DNA from: Camelus ferus
Taxonomy: Eukaryota
Direction: 5' to 3'
Assembly: GCF_009834535.1 (NCBI RefSeq)
Contig: NC_045697.1
Coordinates: 8,496,001 to 8,560,000, forward strand
Length of the DNA: 64,000 nucleotides
Under the pieces are notes generated by a model that was not told where the DNA came from, ran no database searches, and was given only the letters and a program-made list of their open reading frames with translations. The translations under genes and the position numbers were made by a program. Below are positions 37,354-47,470 of this stretch, piece by piece (position 1 is the stretch's first letter; every line of letters begins with the position of its first letter).

Positions 37354-38537
37354 GTTCCCTGTCTCAAGATGCTCCTCAGCAGAGTCCTGGGGCCGGGCAT
37401 CGTGACTGGGTCACTTCTGGTAAAACTGCCCCAAGTGTTTAAACTCCTGGGAGCCGAGAGTGCCGACGGGTTGAGTCACCAATCTGTAATGCTAGCTAGC
37501 GTTGGTGGCACTGACTGGGACCATGGCCCACAGCTTCACCAGCAACTTCTCCTTCAGCTCTGGGGGTGAAGCCCTGTTCCTGATGCCTTCCGGGTCCTGC
37601 ACTACAGGGGAAAGACTGTGAAAGGTGTCGCTTTCCCAGTCCTGCTGGTTGAGCTTTCACCACTGAAGCCCCTGGCCTTTGTCACTCTGCTCCAGGCCTC
37701 CCACCTGCCTGCTGTGATGGTGGGAGTGTTACCGAGTCCAAACTCGTTCTGCTCCCCTCAGGACAGGCCAATAAATGCGGAGACCTGTTGGGGCAAGGAA
37801 TAGCGACTTTATTCAGAAAGCCAGCAGACCAAGAGGATGGCAGACTAACCTCTTGGAGAACCATCCTATTCTAGTCTTTTATACAAAAAACAGGGGAGGG
37901 GGTGTGGTTGATTGTTGCAAACTTCTTGCTGTAGGAATTCTTTCTTCTTCCAGCTGTCCATGTGGGTCAGGTCATGGTGTCCCTGTAAACCTCCACAAAA
38001 CAAAGGTTATTTCCTATTCTGCAACTTGTTATCTTTACATAAGTGCAGAAGTATTAACATCGTTAAAGGTTAGAGCCTTGAGAACAGGCTCTCCCTTACA
38101 TTTCAGGCTAAAGGCAACATTGTTTGACAAAAGGTGCAGAGCTACCAAGATTAAGCCCAGAAACAGGGCACAGTGGTAAAAACCAAAGAAACAGATCCAA
38201 TGTAGTCAGATTTGTTCTCCTGTATTATAGGAGGGCTGCTCCAGACAGCCAGCAACTATCCCAAAGGGTACACGGGCCAGCTCTCAACAATCACATTCTA
38301 TCTACTCTTTGGGGGCTCCCTGGCCAGAATCTTCACCTCCATGCAGGAAACTGGAGACCCCCTCATGTCTGGAACCTTTGCAGTCTCTTCCCTCTGCAAT
38401 GGCCTTATCACTGCCCAGCTCCTCCATTACCCCACAAGGAGACAAAGGAGCAGTAAAACTGAGCTGGCTACTGGAAGTACATTCCAGTGCTGCCATTCAT
38501 CCACCCAACCTTAGGGTCCTTCTCACCTGAACCAGCC
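37354..38537 (+). pseudogene. MPDU1: MPDU1 (mannose-P-dolichol utilization defect 1, PQ-loop protein) processed pseudogene, 5'-truncated and split by an LTR
   Basis: Translations [137 protein letters not shown] and PHKETKEQ* (stop 38454-38456) align with recalled MPDU1. No introns; 4-bp duplication gcta (37491-37498), several internal deletions, about 80 nt of 3'UTR-like sequence; no poly-A visible. Confidence 0.95.
37727..38229 (-). mobile_element. ERV1-class solo LTR (503 bp) inserted in the MPDU1 retrocopy
   Basis: Begins TGTTACC and ends TATTATA (decayed CA); 4-bp TSD GGAG at 37723-37726 and 38230-38233; minus-strand TATAAAA (37877-37883) and AATAAA (37808-37813); removing it restores the frame ..VMVG-GLLQ.. 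Confidence 0.9.
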
Positions 38538-39652
38538 CCACACATCTGGTGTCAGAAATGTGAGTATGGTAGTAGGTGCGAGTGAGATGTACATGGAAGG
38601 AAGACTGAGTTTTTCCCAACACACGCAAAATTATGTTGGTCTGCTCATGAGTATATTTGCCCCACTAGACTAAGACAGTGTCAGAGAAAGTCCTATACCT
38701 TGTTCCTTTTTGTGTCCCTGTGCCTGAACAGGGGCAGTCAAATGTTTGAGGACTGAATACTCAATTAAATGACATGTGTAACTTGTCTAGCACAGTGTCT
38801 GGTACTTAGAAGTCAATCCGGATGTCTCCCAGTTCTCCTTCAAATCCATCTTAAGACCCATTGCTCTTTGCATTGTATTATTCTGATACCCAATTGGGAA
38901 AGTCTACCTGTATAATTGGCTAGGACCTCTTTTAACAGTGTGAGAAGTTTATATTTAATAGTCTAGAATGAAATAAGCACTTAACATAGACAAATCTAGC
39001 ATCTTCTTTTAAATAGAGTAACCTAATTTATGTGTTTTGAAATTATGTAACATTTATTTTCTATCTTAACAGCAATAAACAAGCATTGCCCCCCTCCCAC
39101 TCACCCCCCACCCCCACTCAGGGTTCTTTCCTGCTCCAGCTTTCCATGTCTGCTCTGCCCCTCCTTCAGTCCAACTCCAATACCACCTTAAAGATTCCAG
39201 GTAAGCTGATCACCTAAATCCTCTAGGTCAAATGGATTTTCACTGAGTTTCTATAGGAGTTTTATGCCCACCACTCTCCCACACCTTTATACATACATTA
39301 TGCCTTTCTTTAGATCCTACTCAAGTCCATTCATGTAGTTGTCATCAATCAAGCCAGCTGCTAACTTTCTCCAGGTCAAAGAAGTTCCTTCCTTTCCTTC
39401 TTTTAATTCCCTGGGCTCAGAATAGCAAATTGCTTCCGTCCTATGAAACAGCTCTGATCAAGGAGCTACCTGGGACTCCAAGGTGAAAAAATCCAGGCTT
39501 AGCAGGAAAATGAAGTGAAATATGTGTCTTGACTCTCCCTAAGTGGTGTATGGCCTAGAACTGAATACATAGCTCGTGATTCAAATATTAAACCTAGACT
39601 TACTATAGCCTCCAAGTCTAGGAGACAGCCCTTACACCCTCCCATCAACACA

Positions 39653-39656
<4 letters not shown>

Positions 39657-39704
<48 letters not shown>
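39657..39704 (+). repeat. (CA)24 microsatellite
   Basis: Perfect CA run, counted directly. Confidence 0.97.
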
Positions 39705-39706
<2 letters not shown>

Positions 39707-40844
39707 GGCCTCAGAATTGGTTCATCCTACAAAAAGATGGCCCCCAAAATTTAATCTCTTATTTTACAGATTAAGAAACTGAGATAGAGAACCCTTAAAT
39801 AGATGGCAAATACATCGAGCTGGAACCAGAAGTCCAGAATATAACCCTCGGTCATTATCCCTCAGCAGCCCAGTTAGAAGCAATATTCAAAAGAGGGGTG
39901 GGTAGGATCTAGTAGAATCAGTAGTACCTGGTCTTTATCTAGTTAACTGCACAAAACTTGGGAGCTTAAAAAAATCATGAGGCTTTTTTTTTTCTTCCCT
40001 TCAGAGCAACATGGCAAGAGTATCAGTTGGGAGACTCGAGCCCCTCAGAGCTTCTCCTCTTACCAGGCCAGTGTTCTAACAGATTCCCCTCTTTATCCTG
40101 ACCATGAACGCCTTGATCAGCATTGCACCAGGAGGAAAAACAAGCAATGAGAGAAAAGAACAGGAAAACACACGCTTCTGCAAGTAGAAATTTAAGCTGC
40201 TCTGAGTGTGTGCTAAGTGAGTGAGCCCAGTGACAGCCCCAGGATCAGAGTCTGGGACGCCTTGTGGCTGCATCCCAGACCTTGGGGCCAGCAGACGCTG
40301 TGCACATCCAGCCCAAATCAGCCGGTGCTTCGTTCTCTGGGTGGGACATTCTGTCTCCCCACGATGAAGTTCTTGCTCTCCGGGGAGCTCCTGGCTCTGC
40401 CCTGCGCATAACTAGATACGCTCAGATTCTGTTTCCCCGTTTTGCTGGTACAACACTTTAGACTTTAACTCTGAGAAATAAGTATATGTAAAACTAGATG
40501 CAAAACAAATTATTTCCTAAAGAATAACTTAAATGAAACACTGTCCTAAATGAAGACACTTCTAAATGTTCCTGGATTCTTTCTTTGACTCCAAAGGACA
40601 AAAGGGATTAACTCTAGCTACCCTAAATGAGTTACTCAAGATGCCCAATTAATGGGTGAATTAAAACTAAACACAGTTACTATTTATTGAGCTCAGTTCC
40701 AGGCACCGCGTCAAGAAGTTTACCAACATCTTTATATTTCATCTTCATGACAATTCTATGAGACAGTTCTTCTTGCCCTCATTTCACAGATGAGGGGACA
40801 GACTGAGGCAGGTGAGTGATTTGCCCCTGGTCACACACCAACAC

Positions 40845-40998
40845 TAGACCAGGTAAGGAATGAGAAGCACCTAAGTGCACAATTTAAGGAGGCACCCACT
40901 CTCAGGGCTATACAAGGGCAAGGCCATCACCGGAGTGTGAGTGCCACCTTAAATTTACATCCTAGGAGCCTCCCTTGCCTCACCCTAACCATGTCACA
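40845..40998. mobile_element. MER96-like palindromic hAT MITE inserted in a MIR
   Basis: gcacctaagtgcacaatttaaggaggcacccactctcagg ... gagtgccaccttaaatttacatcctaggagcctcccttgcctcacccta (inverted arms). Confidence 0.7.
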
Positions 40999-42244
40999 GG
41001 TGAGCAACACAGCAGTAGTACACCTGGGATTCAGACTCAGATCTACCTGGTTCCAAAGCCCTCGCTCACACCACCCATCCTGTCGTAGAGATAAGCAACT
41101 CTACCCATGATATTTTGTTTCAAATCACAAGTCCCTGCACAAGCATCCTTGAGAGCTGAGATCACAGAAGGGCAGCTTCAGCCACAGGAACCCAGCAGAG
41201 TGGCACGGGGGTGTGGCAGGTTCAGACCTACACCAACCCTCAATCATGCTATAATCACAGGGTAACCCAATATCCTAAAAGGAAAAACTATTTTGTAAAT
41301 ATCCTCAATATGAAACACAAGAGTACAGAAATCTGCTCTATTTTAAACCTAAGTTAGTGATCAATTTGTTCTGAGACAGAGAATACAGTGCATATTTTTC
41401 ATGAATGTAAAAACCAAAACCAAAGTTCTGATTAAATCCCATGGCCAATTCCCCAGCCTAGGCTCTACCCTGCTCATGGCTGAAGCCATAAAACTTCTAA
41501 TTGCTCACCAGGGGTAGAATAAAACACATTTCTTGAGGGCGAGAGCAGAAAGCTTGACTGCCATGAAGCTCACCATCCCATCTGTGGGCTGGAAAGGGGA
41601 GGAGAGCTCAGGCTTTTGCCTTGTGGACAGCACTCTTTCCTGACCTCTTTTTGGCAGGGAGGATGTGTGGGAATTCTACAACGTCTACGTTTGTCAAAAT
41701 TACCCCCAATTATGAGAGATATTACCCCAAATGACTCTTTTCCCTTGCCAGCCACAATTTCCCATTGTAATTTTCATTTTCATCTGAAAAACATTTTTTA
41801 CCAAAAATAAAATTGTATATTTAGTTTGAAAATGGGTATCAGCCAGGTGTTGGACATGTGACCTACCAGTCATAACTGAGTTGGTCTAAGATTCATCCAT
41901 CAGAAGCCACCAAGCTTAACTGAGGTGGTAAGAGGATGTGGGGAGATACCTAACAGGGGGAGTGAGAGGGAACAAAAGTTTTGATACACCACACAATAGA
42001 CAAAGATTTCTAATAGCAAAATACCAAAGATTCAGCCTGGCAAAACTGATGGAAGGTTGGATCTTAAATTTCTAGTGCTCTTTTTAGCATAGTTCCAGAA
42101 AACAATGAAATCATGTTATTTCAATTAGAGTTTCCATCCCAGGCCTTGTATTTTCATCTTCCCCAGCAAAGGAACAGAGAATGGTGGAACTTGCCCTGTG
42201 TGTAAGATGATGCTGTGTCACTTTAATGCTTAAAGATTTGTTAC

Positions 42245-42386
42245 AGCCTTGAAGCTTCTGGCATCTCCTGGGAGCTGGTTAGAAATGCAGACCCTCAGTC
42301 CTTGCTCCAGACCTACTAAATCAGAGACTGCATTTTAACAAGATCCCCAGGTGGTTCGTGGGCATATTAAGGTCAGAGAAGCACTG
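42245..42386. mobile_element. MER5A hAT-Charlie MITE
   Basis: gcatctcctgggagctggttagaaatgcag...agacctactaaatcagagactgcattttaacaagatccccaggtg...gagaagcactg. Confidence 0.85.
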
Positions 42387-42853
42387 TGTTAACTCCAACT
42401 ATGATTAGGAATGAAGAGCAAAGGAATAGTAAATTCGCCATTCCCACTGATGGAGTGATGAAGATGCTATGAGCACCATGCTCCTGCCCCGCTCTTCTCT
42501 ACTTGAGATCGTTTACTCTCTGTGGCAACCCAGAAAGGAAGGCATTATCCCCATTTTACAGATGAGAAAGTTGACACTCAGGAAACTTAAATAACTTCTC
42601 AAAGGTCACTATTTAATAAATGGCAGAGCTGAGATTCTTTCTCAAGTCTCTCTGGTACCAAAATCAGTGTCTGGTACCAAACCCAATCTTTGAGAGTGGT
42701 TCAGGATGCTCTTGTGATAAAGAATCCACAAACTTGCTAGAATTACTTGGATTCCATGATGTGACTCTTGGGCCCAAGGATAAAATGCCACATCTCTTTA
42801 GGTCATTCTGAAATCTTTCCTGTGGGAATAAAATCCTCTTCAAAACTACACTA

Positions 42854-43229
42854 AAGGTTACTACAAGATATTGAATATAGTTCCCTAGGCTATATAGAAG
42901 AAACTTGTTTTTTTAATCTATTTTTATATATAGTGGCTAATATTTGCAAATCTCAAATGCCCAAATTTATCCCTTCCCACTCCCTTTCCCCAGTAACCAT
43001 AAGATTGTTTGTTATGTCTGTGAGTCTGTTTCTGTTTTGTAGATGAGTTCATATATTGAACTATATTCAACATTTTGTAATAACTTTTAATGAAAAAGAA
43101 TATTAAAACGAATATATGTATGTATATGCATGACTGGGACATTGTGCTGTACACCAGAAATTGACACATTGTAACCGACTGTACTTCAATAAAAAAATTA
43201 AAATAATAAAAATATGAAAAAACAAACAA
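42854..43229 (+). mobile_element. L1 3' end with a 5' inversion (twin priming)
   Basis: Antisense 3'UTR 42854-43052 joined to sense 3'UTR 43058-43229 plus A-tail; 12-bp TSD aaaactacacta at 42842-42853 and 43230-43241. Confidence 0.9.
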
Positions 43230-43524
43230 AAAACTACACTAGATGTGAATACTCTTTATAATTAAACATGAAAAAAACTGCTTGCCTCCCCTCCAAATAA
43301 CACACTATAAATACTATAAATGTAACCAAGAGCTTGTAAATTATTAAATAAAACTTCATGGAGAAAAATCACTTCAGTGTACCAGCCCACAAAAAAAGTG
43401 TCTTTTGCAGCATCCCAGTAATTAGTGAGGTCAGAATTAGTATCATTGACAAGTTCTCTTATCACTGATAAGTAGAACTGATAAGCTCTCAGACCATGAG
43501 CTCCCCAGGGGCAATGAAAATATA

Positions 43525-44318
43525 TTTTTTTTCAATCCTTTATTTTTTCCAGTCAGTTTTATATTTACAAGAAAATTGAGAGGAAGGTACAGAGATTTCC
43601 CATAAATCTCTCCACCCCCACACATTCACAGCCTCTCCCATCATCAACATCCCCCACCAGAGTGGTACCTTTGCCACCACTGATGAACCTACATTGACAC
43701 ATCACAATCACCCCAAATCCATATTTTATATTAGAGTTCACTCTTGGTGCTGTACATTCTATGGGTTTGGACAAATGGATACTGACACGTATCCACCATT
43801 ATACCACTGTCACACTCACTGCCCTGAAAATCTCCTGTGTTCTCTCTATTCACCATCCTTCCCCTAACCCCTGACAATCACTGTTGTTTTTTTTTTAACT
43901 TGTCACCATACTTTTGCCTTTTCCAGAATGTCATATAGTTAGAATCATACAGTATGTGTAGCCTTTTTGGATTAATTCTTTCACTTAGTCATATGCATTA
44001 AAGGTTCTTCCACTAATTTTCATGGTTTCATAGCTCATTTCTTTGCAACACTGAATAGTATTCCATTGTCTGAGTGTATCACAGTTTATCCACTCACCTG
44101 CCAAAGAACATCTAGGTTGCTTCCAAGTTTTGGCAATTATAAATAAAGCTTCTGTAAACATCAGTGTACCAGTTTTTGTGTGGACAAAGGTTTTCAGCAC
44201 TCTTGGGTAAATACGAAGGAGCATGATTTCTCGATTGTATGGTAGAATTATGCTTAGTTTTGAAAGAAACCACCAAACTCTCTTCCAAAACAGCTGTACT
44301 GCTTTGCATTCCCATGAA
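43525..44318 (-). mobile_element. Old L1 (L1MC-type) 3' end
   Basis: ORF 43985..44224 (-) IYPRVLKTFVHTK..MFTEALFIIAKTWKQPRC; 3'UTR text tacagagatttcccata and tgatgaacctacattgacacatcac. Confidence 0.85.
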
Positions 44319-45299
44319 GATATCTTTTTTCATTTTATACCCCTACTTTCTTATACCATAGCATAGAGTCAGCACACAGCAGTTGTCCAATAAAAATTTA
44401 TGGATTAATGAAATAATGAATGCCTTATATACTTTTTTCAATCATTATGCATGCATTTATTCAGCAAATATTAATGAAGCACCAATAAATTCACACATTA
44501 TGTTAGGTATTAGAAACACAAAAGAGAAAAGACACTGGGCTTAATTTCGTATGTTTTCTAATAGTCAGAAGAGGCACAGGTTTTAGATCATCCAGATCAA
44601 GGGATGCACCATCTCAGCCTCTACAGGTCTGTTCCATCAGCTACAGAATGCAGAGAACTAGAGTTACTGTTCAGGGTGGTTGAGTTAACTAAGATGATGT
44701 ATATTGAATGGCAATCACTGCTTATCACATATAAGCTCAAAAGTAGTAGCTATAATCATTGATATCATTTGTTTATAGTAATAGATTTTTAATCTTTTAA
44801 ACCTTTACAAGAATGGATATAAGTCCATAGCCTTCACAAACCCATTTTCTTTTTAAGGTGAAGTTGGTTTCATAGTGATCCTCTTTAAGGAGAATAATGG
44901 TTTAGGAACTCCAAGAAGAAGGATCAGACATCTTAAATGTCACCCAATGATCCAACAGCAAAGAAGCCTTGGGGAAACCCAGTGCCAGTCTAAGTGGGGA
45001 GGGGGAAGCATCTCGCCTTTGCTGCTGGCAGAGCCTCGTGCTGTAGGCAGGCCTTCAGCAGCAGATCAAGTGATCCCTGTGTAGGTCTTCCAGATCCCAG
45101 AGAAATAAAACACAGTTTACTATGACATTATCATGGTAAGGGAGGGAGTCTTTTTCCAATGGTTACTGGATGTGACTCTGTCACTGGACACCTTACCAGG
45201 CATATCTGACATGGGAAACTAGCTAAGTCACTTGCTGAGAGTTCTGCTATCTTCTTTCTTCTATAGCTTCCTCAACAAAAACCAAGCAAAAATGACTTA

Positions 45300-46004
45300 A
45301 CTTCAATCCAGCAATCCCACTCCTGGGCATATATCTGGAGAAAACTGTAATTCAAAAAGACACATGCACCTTAATATTCATAACAGCACTATTTACAATA
45401 GCCAAGACATGGAAACAACCTAAATTTCCATCAGCAGATGACTTGATAAAGAAGATGTGGTATATTTGTACAATGGAATATTACTCAGCCATAAAAAAGA
45501 ATGAAATAATGTCATTTACAGCAACATGGATGGGTGTAGAGATTATTAGTATGGAGTGAAGTAAGTCAGACAAAGACAAATATCATATGATACCACTTAT
45601 ATGTAGAATCCTAAAAAAAAAAGATACAAATTCTGTTTACAAATCAAAAACAGACTCATGGACATAGAAAACAAACTGTGGTTACCAAAGGGGAAAGGGC
45701 AGGGAGGGATAAATTAGGGGTTGGGGATTAACAGACACACTATACTATATGTAAAATAGATGAAAAACAAGGACCTACTATAGAGCACAGGGAACTATAT
45801 TCAATTTCTTGTAGTAACATATAATGGAAAATAACTTGAAAAGAAAAAATACTATGTGTGTGTGTATGTATGTATGTTTGTGTGCATATATATATATATT
45901 ATATATATAATATAATATATATATATAAAATTGAATCACTTTGCTCTACACTTGATAGTAACATTGTGAATCAACTACACATCAATGAAAAATTTAAAAA
46001 AAAA
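45300..46004 (+). mobile_element. 5'-truncated lineage-specific L1 (ORF2 end and 3'UTR, internal (TA)n)
   Basis: atccagcaatcccactcctgggcatatatc, gcactatttacaatagccaagacatggaaacaacctaaa, poly-A end. Confidence 0.92.
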
Positions 46005-46707
46005 AGCAGCCACCAGGAATTGGTCTCAGCCCTCCCCTGGCATGATCTTCAGATGTGTATATGCTAAACCCTATGCACCTCCTACCAACCCACATGGCCA
46101 GGCATCTCTCTGCCTTATGAATATTCACTTTTACAGGGCTCCCCAAAAGCAAGTTCCAAGAGGCTCTGATGGTGTCTTTTTGAATCAATGTTCAAACAAA
46201 CCAAGATGTTTGCTTGCACTTGTTAAGAGTATGGCCTCTGAAGTCAAACTGGCTGTAACTCTCATGAGTTGTGTGACCTTGCACAAATCATCTACCTCTC
46301 TGTGCCTCAGTTTCACCATCTGTAAAATGAGGATAATAACATTATCTAATAATAGCATGACTTTCAAAAAGTTAAAAAACATGGCACAGATGTACAGCTG
46401 TCAAAGCTTTTTCTAACTCCTTAAAGCAAGGGGCCGAAAGATTGGTAAAAATGGTTCAAAGAACATTTGAAGAACTGAGATTTTTGTAGGCACTAGAGAA
46501 AGAATTGGAGTAAGATTGTCAGATTAGATGTTAAACAAACTGGTTAATGTCCTACAGGCAATAAATCTGTAACCTTTGAAGTTACCTTTTTCATTAGACA
46601 GAAAGAATTTGCATCTCTACCAGACAAAACCTCTACGTTGACAGGTAGCTTGAAGAGTCTGTCTGGGCCCTAGTCAATAATAGTCAGTGGAACAAATGTT
46701 CCCCTCT

Positions 46708-46918
46708 AGAGCTGCACCACCAAATACAGTAGCCACTAGCCTCACACGGCTATATGTAAATCCAGGTTAATTAAAGGTAAATAAAATTAAAAATCCACTT
46801 TCTCAGTAGTCACACTTTAAGTGTTCAGTTTCTGGGGGTAGCTGGTGGCTGCCGAATGGGAGAGGGCAGAGTAGACATCTCCATCATATCTGCACCCTCT
46901 GGGGGGTGGCACTGCTAG
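46708..46918. mobile_element. MER3-like hAT-Charlie MITE
   Basis: ccaaatacagtagccactagcc...taaataaaattaaaaat...gtagctggtggct...acatctccatcat. Confidence 0.7.
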
Positions 46919-46924
46919 AGAACT

Positions 46925-47470
46925 CTGGGGAGCTGAAACAAACTACTACAAATCTAGTGCCTTAAAACAATGCCCATGTATTATCTCATGGTTCTGTAAG
47001 TCAGGACACTGGCTTACCTCCACTGGTTTCTCTTTTCCAGGTTTCCCAAGGCCAAAGTCAATGTGTCAGCCAGTCAGGCTCTAATAGGGTGGCTGTGGGA
47101 AGAGTCCGCTTCCAAGCTCCACCTGGCTGCGTGTGGGACTGAGGTCTCTGTTCCCTACTGGCTGTCAGGCAGGGGCTGGTCTTGCTCCTAGAAGCTGTGT
47201 GGGCCCCTCTAGCAACATAGGTCAAATCCCCCTCACCTTCGAATGTCTCTGACTCCCCTTCTGTGGATTTTTGGACTGAAAACAGCTGGAGAAGGTTCTC
47301 TAATGATTAGCTTGTGAGCACGTACAGAGTCCAATATGATCTCCGCACCATAAATTCTATAACCCCAGTGACATCTGCGAAGTCCCTTTTACTATGTAAC
47401 ATGACAAGTTCACTGCATACAGGGATGAGGATGAGGACATCTTTGGGGAGCCATTGTCCTGCCTATGACC
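46925..47470 (-). mobile_element. MaLR LTR (MLT1E-like)
   Basis: aacaaactactacaaatctagtgccttaaaacaa, tattatctcatggttctgtaagtcagga, acatctgcgaagtcccttt, gacatctttggggagccatt. Confidence 0.75.

Noticed and set aside
37276..38514. Functional intron-containing MPDU1 gene
   Set aside because: No introns at parent positions apart from an LTR insertion; the N-terminal ~34 codons are missing; frameshift, premature stop at 37567-37569 and multiple deletions.
42651..42681. Short direct repeat tctggtaccaaa x2 (and aggtacctat x2 near 34412-34441)
   Set aside because: Micro-duplications at the edge of or inside MIR/L2 remnants, with no evidence of function.
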